This document shows positions 38,255 through 52,127 of a stretch of 64,000 nt of DNA, piece after piece. The notes beneath the pieces are model-generated. The model made no database searches and was not told the origin of the DNA. It saw only the letters and a list, made by a program, of their open reading frames with translations. The stretch covers positions 107,076,001-107,140,000 of the forward strand of contig NC_086107.1 of the NCBI RefSeq assembly GCF_963921235.1, read 5' to 3'. Each line of letters opens with the position of its first letter. Position 1 is the stretch's first letter. Position numbers and translations under genes: made by a program. Origin of the DNA: Mobula hypostoma (taxonomy: Eukaryota).

Positions 38255-38635
38255 TGCAAGGCCTAGACACAGTGTGTGTGGAGAGGCTGTTTCCTTTAGG
38301 AGGGGAGTGACCGACTAGAGGGCACAGCCTCAGAATACAAAGGTGTCCCTTTAGGACAGGGATGAGGAGGAATTTCTAAAGCCAGGGGCGGGGTGGGGTG
38401 GGGGGGTGAATCTGTGGAATTCATTGCCACAGATGGTTGTGGAGCCCAAGTTATCGGGTGTATTTAAAGCAGAGGTTGTTAGTCTCTTGACCGGTAAGGG
38501 TGTCAAAGGTTACAGGGAGAAGGCAAGAGAATGCGGTCAGGAGGGATAATAAATCAGCCATGATGGAATGCGGAGCAGACTCAATGGGCTGAATGGCCTA
38601 ATTCTGTTCCTATGTCTTATGCTTTTATGGTCTAA
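38255..38635 (+). mobile_element. CR1 3' relic
   Basis: gggcacagcctcagaata...gatgaggaggaatttc...gaatctgtggaattcattgcc; similar relics at ~46815-47430 and 62980-63320. Confidence 0.7.
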
Positions 38636-38754
38636 CTACATTCATGCCACAGTAATGTTAGTTAATGGTTATCTTCTAGTTAATGGTTAACTAACAATAA
38701 TGTTAGTTAATGGTTATCTTCTTCAAGAGAGAGTCTAATAATCCATTCTTATTG

Positions 38755-39149
38755 CATTATCACTACCTCAAAAAGAGAAGTCAGCTTCATCCAAGACCAG
38801 CCAGTCTTCCTATGGTCACCAGCAAAATGATTAAAGCAGATGGTATTGAAACCAACCACTGAATGTGTCGCGGTTAGATTGGCTTAGAGGTACACTTGAT
38901 AAATTATCAGATTATTGACCAGGTTGGTGTGCAGTGCCAAACACACTCTCAACGGCTGCTTTATTAGGAGCCCACTGTACCTAATAAAGTGGCCACTGAG
39001 TGTATGTTCATGGTCTTCTGCTGCTGTAGCCCATCCACTTCAAGGTTCAACGTGTTGTGCATTCAGAGATGCTGTTCTGCACACCTATTTGTAACGGGAG
39101 ATTATGTGAGTTACTATCACTTTCCTAGCAACCTGCACCAGTCCGGCCA
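38755..39149 (+). repeat. Local duplicate of 35848-36241
   Basis: Colinear match covering non-TE sequence plus a Tc1 junction. Confidence 0.85.
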
Positions 39150-39199
39150 ATAATGTTAGTTAATGGTTATCTTCTTCTTCAAGAGAGTCTAACAATCCA

Positions 39200-39723
39200 C
39201 TCTGACCTTTTGCATCACAACCTGGTACTCCAGCTGCAGTGCTGTCGACAAAAAAGCCTTGCAGAGGGTGGTTAGGGGAGCAGAGAAGGTTACTGGGGTC
39301 TCCCTACCTTCTGTCCAAGACCTCTTTCAGAGTCGATGCCTCCAGAAGACACGGTACATCATTAAAGACCCCTCACACCCTCTCCATGAACTGTTTGTTC
39401 TTCTGCCATCAGGCAAACGTTACAGGAGCATCAAAACTAAAACCACAAGGCTACTAAACAGCTTCCTCCCACAGGCAGTCAGACTGCTAAATAGCTGCTC
39501 TACCTGACTCTGCTTTGGACACTTTTAACTTGCACTGGACACTTATAACTGATTTTAACTGACATGTGGCTGTTGTGTTTTACTATTTATTGTTATGTTC
39601 ATTATTTAGTGTTGCGTTTGTTATGTTATGATTGCACTGCTCCTGAGAAACGCTGTCTCATTCTGCCCCGCAGAGCTGATGTACGGTTAGAATGACAATA
39701 AAGTTTTTGAATCTTTGAATCTT
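39200..39723 (+). mobile_element. Rex1/Babar-type LINE 3' fragment
   Basis: LQRVVRGAEKVTG...IIKDPSHPLHELFVLLPSGKRYRSIKTKTTRLLNSFLPQAVRLLN; ttgaatc tail. Confidence 0.8.
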
Positions 39724-42700
39724 AATATCCAATGCCAGAGCTGTTACTAAGTCCCAACATCTTAGGAGCGCTACTGATCCCAATATTGGCACAAATACTA
39801 TGGTTGCAATTGTACATCAGAGGCTGGGTTTGCATGTTGGGCTTTGGGATTTGGTGGTTGGGTGTTGGGGTGGGGGGAGGGAAGGAGCCACTACAGAAGG
39901 AAAGGTTTGGAGGCCTGTATGGTGAGGAGTTTGGCGACAGAGGTTGGGGGACCTTGGACTGTTCGGTGGTAGCAGAGGTTGGATATAGCAGATCTGAGAT
40001 TCGGACCTTTGGGATTAGAGTATTAAGGTCTCCCAGGTGGCCAAAGGCAAAAGTTTGTGTGTGTGTGGGGGGGGGGGGGGAATATGGCACTGAGGCCTGA
40101 CATTACCATGGTGGCATTGAACGCTGGTGATCAGGGTTTGGGGTGTATCTACTCTTCGGTTGGAAGTATCGAAGGTAAGTTTGGGAATTGTCTGGCGCTG
40201 TAAGATAAAACCACCAGAGTGACAAACAATGATTGTTCCTGGGACACTGAAGACCAAACTCCTAGCAAGAAAAGTTGCATCAGGAATAAAACACAGAATA
40301 TAGAACAGTACAGCACAGGAACAGGCCATTTGAACCACTACGTTGTGCCAAATCAACTAAAAATCAAATCAAAAACACCAAAACACTAATCCCTCCTCCC
40401 TACACAATGTGAATATCCCACCATCTTCCTCACATCCATGTGCCTATCCAAATGTCTCTTAAAAGCCTCTACCATCATATCAGGCAGCACATTCCAGGCA
40501 TCCACCCCTCTCCGAGTGAAAAAAATTACCCCTCACATCAGCCAACCCCTCTCACCTTCAATGCATGCCCTCTGATATTAGACATTTCAACCCTGGGAAA
40601 CAGATACTCTCTGTCTACGCTATCGGTGCCTCTCATAATCTTATAAACCTCTGTCAGATCTCCCCTCAGCCTCCAGAGAGAACAGCCCAGCTTTATCGAG
40701 CTTCTCATGTCGTCACTTCAGCTGTGAACGAAGCAAAAGGCCAACGCGCCACTTTCCCTTCCCCAAAGTTTGGTTTGGTATCGGTAGTGGTTCATTATTG
40801 CCACGTGTACTGAGATACAGTGAAAGGCTTGTCTGGCGTACTGTTCACACGGATCAAATTGTTACACAGTGCATTGAGGTAGAATGATGTAAAACGCTAA
40901 TAATGTAGAGTTAAGTGTAAACGCTCCTGAAAAGATGCAGCACAGGTAAACTGCAAGATCATAGTTTGTAAGGCCAAGAGTCCAATCATTGTAGTAGGGA
41001 ACTATTTTATAGTCCTATAACTGTGGGGTAGAAGCTGTCCTTGAGCCTGGAGATATGTGCTTTTGTATCTCCTACCCAATGAGAGAGGGGAGACGAGAGG
41101 AAGTCTGGGGTCGTAAAGGAAAACTGGATAGGCTGGGCATCAACAGAAGTGATTCTGCAAATGCTGGAAATCCAAAGGCAGCAGATAGAAAATTCTACAG
41201 GTCAGGCAACATCTATGGAAGGGAATAAAGATTCGACGCTTTGGGCTCAGGAAGGGTCAAACTTCAGACAGACTTTCACTTGCCAGTGAAGAGCTTTCAA
41301 GTGCCCTATAATTTGCTACAGGAAATGCATCAGCACAAGTGGGTACTAGATGGTCAGCAGGGAGTTGATGGGCTGAAGGAGCTGGTTTGGGCCCCTTAGG
41401 CCGCAACTCTGCGTTTGGTTACAGTGATCGGAATAGTTATCGCTTGTATGCACGTTGAGGAAGAGTTTCACCGGAGCCTGGTTAGAGACAGAGAACAGGA
41501 AATGAGACTGCTTAGATTAATTTGAAAGCAAAACATGGTTTAAACCAGAGATCTAAAGTAAGACAAAAAAGTGCTGGAAACACTCAGCAGGTCAGACGGC
41601 ATCTGTGGAGAGAGAGACAGAGTTAATGCCTCAGACTGACCAACTTTCATTGCCACTGTAAATATTGTTTTGGCTTCTACTGTCTGGAAAATGTCAGTGT
41701 CAAACCAACGTTAAAGGTTAACTAAACACTCCAAGAATCTGTCCTCCATTTGTCCCATCGAGTTTGTGCTAGCTCTTGGAGGAATTCTATCAATCTCACT
41801 TGCTTGTTTATTTATTTACTTACTATCCATTACGCCGCTGGAATTTAGGGCAGCAATGAAGGTCCTGCATCTCTGGAGGTGTTCAGGGCTTCCTTCATCG
41901 TGTCAGTAGCTTCCTCTCGGTTTTCACTCCTCTCAATCATCCAGCTGGGTGGAGGCTCAGGCATACCATCGCGCACAGACGTAGAAGGATTCTTCATTGC
42001 TGCTTGTGCAACAGTTTTGTTCAACCGGTCAGGGTTGTTAGCCCTGAGATGAACCCCCGAACCTGGAGGACTGGTGGACCGCTCTTGGTCTGTCCTCTAC
42101 CCTTTGACCTGTTTGGCGAGGGTGACCCTACCAAGAGCCAAAGCCCTGACTCCAGCCAGCGTACACTCCAGGTCATTGAGGCGCGTGAAGCCTCCAAACC
42201 CTACGGTGAGGTTGTGGTCCTCTTGGAGATCTCCCCTGTTGATTTCCACAAAACTGATTCTCTCTCTTTCTCATATTCTCATTCATCCCCCCAGACTCTT
42301 CTTAGCATCCACTCACAGAGGATACTTTACCTGAATTACACGAATCAGAGGTATGTTAGCAAAGTGGTCAGCACAATCTTTTTACAGCGCCAGCCATCAC
42401 CGATCGGGGTTCAATTCCCACCGCTGCCTGTAAGGAGTTTGTACGTTCTCCCCGTGACCGCGTGGGCTTCCACCCACATTCCACAGACGCGCAGGTTACG
42501 GTTAGTGGGGCATGTGGTGTCCGTCCCAGAATGACAACACCCGTGGGGTGCCTCCAGCGCGATCCTCAGACAGAGTTTTGGTTTTCACAAAGTGACGCGT
42601 TTCCTGCACCTTTCGATGTTTGGATTATATGTGGCAAAGAAAGCTAATCTTTAATCTTGTGATTTGTGACCTGTGACGAGGGGCGGTGGAGTTGCTAGCG

Positions 42701-44887
42701 AAGAAAAGGGGAGGGGAGCTGTTACAGAGAGCAGATAAAGTGTCGTGCAGGTAGATCCTATTTGATCGTACCTTTGTTTCTCTTTCAAGAGGGAAAATGG
42801 GGGGGGGGATAGTGAGAATAACCAGGAAGATTTGCAGTGGGGCAGAAGAGGGAGCAAGATTAAATGTAAAAGCATCACACACAGAAAATGCTGGAGGAAC
42901 TCAGCAGAACAGGCAGCATCTATGGAAATGAATAAACAGACACAATTTTGGGCTGAGACCCTTCTTCTGAGAAGGAGAGGGGAAGATGCCAAAATAAAAA
43001 GGTGGCAGGGAGGGGAGGGAGGCTATCTGGAAGGCAATAGTTGAAGCCAGGTGGGTGGGAAAGGTAAAGGGCTGGAGAAGAGGGAATCTGATAGGAGAGG
43101 AGAGTGGACCATAGGAGATTGGGAAGGAGGAGGGGACACAGGGGAGGTGATAGCAGGTGAGAAGAGGTAAGGGGCCAGACCGGGAAATAGAAGAGAGGAT
43201 GGGGAGGGAAGAAAATTACCAGAAGGGGAAATCATTATTCATGCCTTCAGGTTGGAGGGTACCCAGACAGAATATAAGACGTTGATCCTCCACCTTGAGG
43301 GTGCCCTCATCATGAGAGGGGCCTTGGACCAACATGTTAGAACAGGAACGAGAATGTTAAGGGATTTCCAAGCTGCTAAAGGAAGGCGGTAAAGGGATTT
43401 GCAAGTAATATGAAATAGTTCTGATTCCATCAGAACTCTCGCCATTTAACCCATCCCTATCCTCCTCCCTATCGCACCTTTGCCTTTATTTTCTCTCTTC
43501 CCCTTCCCACTTCCCCGATTACTTTATTATCTCTAATTTTTCTAATGGAACCTCCAAGAGCACCACAATCTTATCGCTGGGTTTGGAGGCTTGCCTGCCC
43601 CAGTGACCTGGAGAACTATGTTGGTTGGAGTCAGCGCTTCATGCTTTGGGCCATGCCAAACAGGTCAAAGGGTAGAGGTCAGACTAAGAGTGGTCCACCA
43701 ATCCCCCAGGTTCAGGGGTTCAGCTCAGGGCTAACAACCTTGACTGGTCAAACAAAACTGTTATGGAAACAGCAATGAAGAATCCTTCTACACCTGAGTG
43801 CGATAGTATTCCTGAGTCTCCACCTGGGACTTGCATGACTGACAGTAGTGAAAACCGAGAGGAAGCTACTGACATGATGAAAGAAGCCCTGAACTCAACC
43901 AGAGATGGAGGATCTTCATTGCTGCCCTAAACACCAGTGGTGTAATGGGCAGTAAGTAAATAAGATCTGATGGAAGCTCATCAGTCTGAAATTTTAATTT
44001 GACTTCTGTTATGCTTTCAGTGGGAGATCCCCTCAGGAGGTTGCATAGGGTCAGAGGTCAATGCCCACTGTAGGCCACGTCAGGCCAGAGGTTGCTCCCC
44101 TGGGAGGTCGTGTCGGGCTGGAGGTCACTCCCTGTAAGAGGCCACGTCGGGCTGGTGGTTGGGAGACTGGCCCTACAGAAGGACTGAGTTCGAGCTGTTG
44201 CTCTCCTCGATGCTGATGGAGGATGTTTTCGAAATCCTGAGACACATGTGATCATCGGTGTAGACTGTAGTTTTTCTTGGTCCCCTTCAGTTATTCTGTG
44301 TTTTCTTCCTTGTTGCGGATTGGTGGGTGGGCGATATGTCACTTTCTCTGGGTGAGGGAGGGGTTGGCTGTTTGATGTTATTGTCGCTGCTTTTTCTGTG
44401 TGGACAGAGCTTGGCAGTTAGGGGTCTGACGTTTTAACTGCCGTATCCGGGTGGGTGATCTGTTGGTTTTTGTGCGAGGGAGAGATTGCGGGGGGGCGTT
44501 TGGGGCTTGCGATTTTTGTTTCTTTTTATTTTTCTTGCGGCCGGGGGTCCCGAATGACTTCTGCGGTTTTTCTGTATTTTATGGCTATCTGGTGAAGGCG
44601 AATCTCAGAGTTGTATTCTGCGTACATACTTTGATAATAAAATGACCCTTCGAACCTTTAAACCTTCATAACCTTAGAGCATTAAACTCATTTTTAAGAA
44701 AAACAAGGAGCTGAAAGATGCGTCTAATGTAATTTTACTTTAAGCGAGGCACTCATGTATCACATGGTAAAACCATGTCGTATGCAGTTCACGTACTTTT
44801 ACATATAACCCATAATAAATCATTTAAACAACAAAGAATGCTTAATCAACAATATATTTACATGTCATTCCCTAGCCTCCTCTTACA

Positions 44888-45523
44888 ACCATATAACCAT
44901 ATAACAATTACAGCACGGAAACAGGCCATCTCGACCCTCCTAGTCCGTGCCGAACTCTTACTCTCACCTAGTACCACCGACCTGCACTCAGCCCATAACC
45001 CTCCATTCCTTTCCTGTCCATATATCTATCCAATTTAACTTTAAATGACAACATCGAACCTGCCTCAACCACTTCTGCTGGAAGCTCGTTCCACACAGCC
45101 ACCACTCTCTGAGTAAAGAAGTTCCCCCCCATGTTACCCCTAAACTTTTGCCCTTTAACTCTCAGCTCATGTCCTCTTGTTTGAATCTCCCCCACTCTCA
45201 ATGGAAAAAGCCTATCCGTGTCAACTCTATCAATCCCCCTCATAATTTTAAACACCTCTATCAAGTCCCCCCTCAACCTTCTACGCTCCAAAGAATAAAG
45301 GCCTAACTTGTTCAACCTTTCTCTGTAACTTAGGAGATGAAACCCAGGCAACATTTTAGTAAACCTCCTCTGTACTCTCTCAATTTTATTGACATCTTTC
45401 CTATAATTCGGTGACCAGAATTGTACATAATACTCCAAATTTGGCCTTACCAATGCCTTATACAAATTCAACATTACATCCCAGCTCCTATACTTAATGC
45501 TCTGATTAATAAAGGCCAGCACA
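44888..45523 (-). mobile_element. Young CR1 LINE 3' fragment
   Basis: Open 184-aa frame LYKALVRPNLEY..QFWSP...ERVQRRFT...RRLRGDLIEVFK...FFTQRVV..WN.LP; 9-bp TSD cctcttaca (44879-44887 / 45524-45532); inserted in a Penelope relic. Confidence 0.9.
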
Positions 45524-48500
45524 CCTCTTACACCAAGATGAGACTACCCTCAAGGTGGAGGAGCAACACCTTATATTCCATCTGGGTACCCTCCAACCTG
45601 ATGGTATGAATATCGATTTCTCCTTCTTTCACCAGACCTACAAACTCACTCTCCACTCTACGTTGGCAAATACAGTAGAATGCAAAAGTCTTAGGCACCC
45701 TGGCTATGTATGTGTGCCTAAGATTTTTGCACAGGACTGTGCTTGGGATAAATAACCCTGAATATTGAATTTGGAAACAGATAGGAGGTGGCTGGTTGGG
45801 TGGGGATGTAAACCCGTGTGTGAAGTTGGTGGATGGAGAAGGAATGAAGTGGAGAGAGATGGGGGCCAGGAGGAGGGTGGGAAAGGGGACAAAATGGGAG
45901 GAGCAGAGGATTAGAAGAAGGATCGGGGAGGAGGAGAAGGGAGAGGGGAAAAAAGAAAAAAGATGGAGGCTTACTCAAAATGGGAAAACTTGATTATTTT
46001 GCCTTTGGGTCGTGCACCACTGGTGGTATATAAGGTATTTATTTATTTATGTATTTACTGAGATACAGGACAGAATAGGCCTTTCCAGCCCTTGGAGCCA
46101 CAGCAACCAACAAATCACGGGACAATTTACAATGACCAATTCACTTACCAACTGGTACATCTTTGGACTGTGTGAGGAAAGCAGGGCACCCGGAGGAAGC
46201 CTACACGGTCACGGGGCAAACATACGAGAACTCCTTACAGGCAGCGGCGGGAATTGAACCGGCTCACCTGTACGATAAAGTGTTGTGCTAGCCACGACGC
46301 TACCATGCTTTCTCCTCGAGTCTGCACTGGGCTTCATCTTGGCAGTGGAGACAGATAGGCAAGGATGGAGTAGTCAGTGTGGTAATAGGGAGAGGAGTTG
46401 AAATGGTTGCTCAGGATGGATCCTCGTCTTCCTGTGCTGTTATTCACTTGCCACAGTCTTCCAATTGCTCCCCCACTCACCTCCCCTTCTTGACACTACC
46501 TGCTTGTCATCTTATACCATGCCTTATCCACCAAGCACCTCTTACTTCTCCCTTCTCCTCTCTACTGGCCATCTCACCTCTCCACTCTCAGTCCTGACAC
46601 AAGTTTTGGCCCAAAACTTTGACAATTTCTTCCCTCCCACTGTTGCTGCTTGACACGCTGAATTCCTCCAGCAGATTATACGTTGCTCCTGATTGCAGCA
46701 TCTGCCATCTATTATGTCCCTGTTTTTGCTCCGATGGACAGACGGTGATAAATTTAATCTATTACGGAACGAGGAGGACATTTTGTAAGAACAAACAAGG
46801 AAATCTACTGAATATAGAAAGGCCTCGATAGAATGGACATGCAGAGGGTGTTTCCTATAGTAGGGGAGTCTAGGACCAGAGGGCACAGCTTCAGATTAGA
46901 AAGACATCCCTTGAGAACAGAGATGAGGAGGAATTTCTTCAGTCAAGGTGGTAAATCTGTAGAATTATTTATTATTGAAATACTGCGTGGAATAGGCCCT
47001 TCCCGCCATTTGATTCACGCTGCCCAGCAACTGCTTGATTTAATCCTAGCCAAATCATGGGATTACTTACAATGGCCAATTAACCTATCAACCAGTATGT
47101 CTTTGGACTGTGGGAGGAAGCCGGAGCACCCAGAGGAAACCCATGTGCTCACAGGGCGAATGTACAAACTTCTTATAGGCCGTGGCAGGAATTGACCCCG
47201 GGTCGCTGGTACTGTAAAGCGTTGTACTAACCACTACACTACCACACCCGGAATCCATTGCCACAGATAGTATATTTAAAGCAGAGGGTGATTGGTACTT
47301 AATTAGTAAGTGTGTCCAAAGTTAAGGGGAGAACACACAGGAAAATTGAGCTGAGAGGGAAAATTAAACAGCCATAATCAAATGGTGGAGCAGACTCAAT
47401 GGGCCGATTGGCCTAATTCTTCTTGTGTGTCCTACAGACATATTCAAAGAGTAAAGACAACACAAGACTGCAGAGACAGATATTGCGAGCAACGCACAGT
47501 GTAGCTGAATAACTCAACAGGTCAGGCAGCATCTATGGAGAGAAATGGATGGTCAACATTTCAGGCCAAGGCCCTTCATCAGGACTGGAAAGAAAGAAGG
47601 GAGAAGGAAGTGTAAAGGCGGTAGTGGGGATTTGGGGGGAAGACTTGGAGGGTAATGTGATTATGACCAATACAAATCTAATTCAAAGAGTTGATAATTC
47701 AAGGTAAAATTGCATGAAGACGTTCAATTTAGACATTTCTAAACGATTTGCCATGCAACGTTTTGACGATGTCTTTGGAACTGTGTGCGTATTTTTGGCT
47801 ACCCCATTTCGCAGACAATATTACAGGCAGGGAGGGTCAGAGAGTCATTGAATTGTACAGCACAGAAGCAGGTACTTCAACCAATCACATCTGCAGCAAG
47901 CCTGTACTAATCTCATTTACCCGCTCGAGAAGCATAGCCTTCTATACTTAGTGCTGTGTGTTCAGAGATGCTGTTCTGCACACCACTGTTACTGTTGCCT
48001 TCCTGTTGGCTTGACCCAGTCTGGCCATTCTCCTCTGACCTCTCATTAACAAGGTGTTTTCACCCACAGAACTGCCACTCACTGGAAGTTTCTATTTGTT
48101 TTTCAGACTGCTGTAAACTCTAGTGTTTGTTGTGCATGAAAGTCTCAGGAGATCACCAGTTTCTGAGATACTCAAACCACCCCATCAGGCACCAAGAATT
48201 ATTCAATTATTTCTTCCCCGCTCTGATTTTTGGTCTGAACAACAACTGTCAGTCCTGAAGAAGGGTCTCAGCCCAAAATGTTGAATGTTTATTCATTTCC
48301 ATAGATGCTGCCTGACCTGCTGAGTTCCTCCAGCATTTTGTACATGTTGAACTGAACCTCTTGACCATGTCTGCATGCTTTTATGCCTCAAGTTTCTGCT
48401 ACTTGATTGGCTAATTAGATATTTGCATTAACAAGTGGGTGTACCTAATAAAGTGGCCACCGAGTGTAAGTCTTGGCAATTCTTAAATGTATCACCTAAT

Positions 48501-49804
48501 TCTTGTCAGAGGTCACATATTAATTGCACGGGGAGAATAATATTGATGAAGAGAAACTGGGACTGAAGAGAGGTCATTACAAAGAGAAATTAGAAAGATG
48601 ATCCTTTAGTCTGGAAGAGTGTCTGTGAAACCCACGCTAAAGGTTAAAGCACTCAGAACTTCTACCATTCTGAGAACATCTCCTCATGAAGTTTTGCATG
48701 ATATCCAAATGATGAAATTTAAAATGGTTTTTAAGTAATTCCTTCACATGCCAGGGTATAATAAAGTTCCAAAGTACATTTATTATCCTGGTATGTATAC
48801 CGTATACAACCCTGAGATTTGTCTTCCCAAAGGCAGCCACCAAACAAAGAAACACCATAGAACCCAGTTAGAGAAATATCCTACACAACAAAGACTATCA
48901 GACACCCAAAGTGTGAAAAAAACCAAATTAATTGCACAAACAGCAAATAGCAGACAGAATATTAAACATCGAACCACAGAGCCTCCGAAACAACTTACAA
49001 ATAAGGTCTGGAATTGACTCTACCCAAGCCATCCACTTTAATTGCTGGTATTGAAATATCACAGCTTCACAGACAAAAGACGTTTCTTAACACGTTTACA
49101 AGCAAATCATCTTCAAAAGGCATCTTGGAAGAATTGTGAGTTCACATGGAAGTCAATGCTGGAAGGTAAAATTGGGTAATGATAGAACAGTGCAGATTGT
49201 CAATGTTTTTATGTCAATCGACTATCATAACCGAAAGGCAGAGAATTCTCCCACTGACTCCACTGGTGATCAATCTAGTTAGTCACAAATACTGTGATAA
49301 CTATTACTTCACCTGCCCATCTAGGGCAGTGGAGAAGGCGTTTTCATTGGTCAAAGCAAGGAGTATAAGGTTTAGGACGCCGTGTCACAGCTACACAAGA
49401 CTTTGGTGAGGCTGCATTTGGAGTACTGTGTGGAGTCCTGATCACCCAGATATAGGAAGGATGCCATTAAGGAAATGATTCATAAGGATGCTGCTGGAAT
49501 TGGACAGACTGAGTTATAAGGAGAGGCTAGATAGACACCACCTACGACAAGCATGACTTCCCGGTAACATTTTAATTCCGATTCCCATTTCCATTCCGAC
49601 ATGTTGTGCCAAGATAAGGGTTGGAGAGGCAACGCCTTATATTCCACCAGGGTCGCCTGTAACCTGACGGCATGAATATCAATTTTTCCTTCTCGTAAAC
49701 TAATTTCCCTCCTCTTCTATTCCCCACTCGATCTTTTACTTCTTCTCACCTGCCTAATAAACCCCCCCCCCCACCCTCAGGCCCTCGCCTCCTTCCCTTT
49801 CTCT

Positions 49805-50617
49805 GACATTGATAGGATGCAGAAGTGGCAGATGGAGTTCAACCCGGAGAAGTGTGAGGTGGTACACTTTGGAAGGACAAACTCCAAGGCAGAGTACAAA
49901 TTAAATGGCAGGATTCTTGGTAGTGTGGAGGAACAGAGGGATCTCGGGGTACATGTCCACAGATCCCTGAAAGTTGCCTCACAGGTGGATAGGGTAGTTA
50001 AGAAAGCTTATGGGGTGTTAGCTTTCATAAGTCGAGGGATAGAGTTAAGAGTCACGATGTAATGATGCAGCTCTATAAAACTCTGGTTAGGCCACACTTG
50101 GAGTATTGTGTCCAGTTTTTATAGGAAGGATGTGGAAGCATTGGAAAGGGTACAGAGGAGATTTACCAGGATGCTGCCTGGTTTAGAGAGTATGCATTAT
50201 GATCAGAGATTAAGGGAGCTAGGGCTTTACTCTTTGGAAAGAAGGAGGATGAGAGGAGACGTGATAGAGGTGTACAAGATAATAAGAGGAATAGATAGAG
50301 TGGACAGCCAGCGCCTCTTCCCCAGGGCACCACTGCTCAATACAAGAGGACATGGCTGTAAGGTAAAGGGTGGGAAGTTCAAGGGGGATATTAGAGGAAG
50401 GTTTTTTACTCAGAGAGTGGTTGGTGCGTGGAATGCACTGCCTGAGTCAGTGGTGGATGCAGATACACTAGTGAAATTGAAGAGACTACTAGACAGGTAT
50501 ATGGAGGAATTTAATGTGGAGGGTTATATGGGAGGCAGGGTTTGAGGGTCGACACAACATTGTGGGCCAAAGGGCCTGTACTGTGCTGTACTATTCTATG
50601 TTCTATGTTCTATGTTC
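49805..50617 (+). mobile_element. CR1 LINE 3' fragment
   Basis: WQMEFNPEKCEVVHFG...DLGV...; ERVQRRFTRMLPG...FFTQRVVGAWNALP; (ctatgtt)n tail. Confidence 0.9.
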
Positions 50618-51279
50618 TCTTTATCATTCATGGAAATGAATAAACATTTGACATTTCAGGCCAAGAGCCCTCCTCAGGACTGGAAAGCAAGGGGGAAGAG
50701 GCCAGATAAGAAGGTGCGAGGAGGGGAAGGAGGTTAGCTGGAAGGTGATAGGTGAAGCCAGAGGGGTTGGAAGGACAAAGGGCTGGAGAGGAGAGTGGAC
50801 TACCTTCTGTATCTGCTGTGGAAGAGAGGAGGACAGAGTATGTCCAGAGTGCGGTGGGGTTTTGATTATGCTGGTTGCTTTATTGATGTATAGACAGTTA
50901 TAATCCGTTTCCTCTATCCTGGCAAGCAGTGACTTTTGAATGCAACACTCACTGCTTGAAATAATGCTTCTCCGGTGGCCTCAGAGTTTATTTACTGACC
51001 CATGCCCTCAGGTCGTGAGCTCTCCCGCGGGGTATGACACAGAACAGTTCAACTACATGACTGGTGTACGGAGATTCGAACTGTTGATCCAGAGATACTG
51101 CATGAGTCCAAGTCCTTATGGTAGCTGGTGGATTTAAATTCAAGGTGGTGGACTTAAATTGTTTTTTTTTCAAATGCAATATTAACTTCATTCAAAATAA
51201 AAGATTATTTCCGTGAATAAACCATTTAATGTCTTTTCATTCTTCCATTAATGGCCAATGTGCTAAATTATGGTCAATT

Positions 51280-51620
51280 ATTGAATTGAATTGAATTGAC
51301 TTTATTTCTTACATCCTTCACATACGTGAGGAGTAAAAATCTTTACGTTACGACTTGGTCTAAATGTGTAATGTGCAAATTATAGTAATTTATAATAAAT
51401 GGTATGTACAGTAAGATATACAACAGAACAGTCAATATAGCTTAGAATTACAATTGTATCAGCATGAATTAATCAGTCTGATGGCCTGGTGGAAGAAGCT
51501 GTCCTGGAGCCTGTTGGTCCTGGCTTTTATGGTGCGGTACCGTTTCCCGGATGGTAGCAGCTGGAACAGTCTGTGTTTGGGGTGACTCGGGTCCCCAGTG
51601 ATCCTTTGGACCCTTTTTAA
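51280..51620 (-). mobile_element. Rex1-type 3' fragment nested in a Tx1-like relic (~51160-51860)
   Basis: DPSHPKHRLFQLLPSGKRYRTIKARTNRLQDSFFHQAIRLIN; (attga)n tail; flanks resemble 53165-53500. Confidence 0.7.
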
Positions 51621-52127
51621 AACATTTCTTAAAACCAATAGCACTATTGTTACTCATGCGTCTCCCTGAAGTGGGACATTAGAATAACTGAGGGGCTCCG
51701 TCACCCTACCTGACAGTACTGGAAGAATCCTACGCTGTGGTCCTCCCTCACTGAGCTCTTGCAGTGTCTACACCAAGTTTCCCAGTTGGCAGCATTCCCC
51801 TACGCTATGGACATCTCGTTGTGATGGCAGACCAGCAAGTTCTGGACTGTCATCGTGCTGCCACCTGACTGGCTGATTAGATAGTTGCGTTAACGAGTGG
51901 GTGTGCGGGTGTACCTAATAAGGTGGCCACTGGACCAGTGTTGACTCAACTGCCTCGGGTTTCCGCCTGCAGCTCAATGGAGTAATACATAAATTTTGTG
52001 GCTGCCTTTAATTCCTCCTTTTCCCCAGTCTAAGCTTTCAATTGTTTAACTTTTATTTCTTGGATCTTGGAGGGGAATAGTGGTCATTATGTCGTATTCC
52101 TTAAGAAGTGGAAAACAGCTTTTTGAA

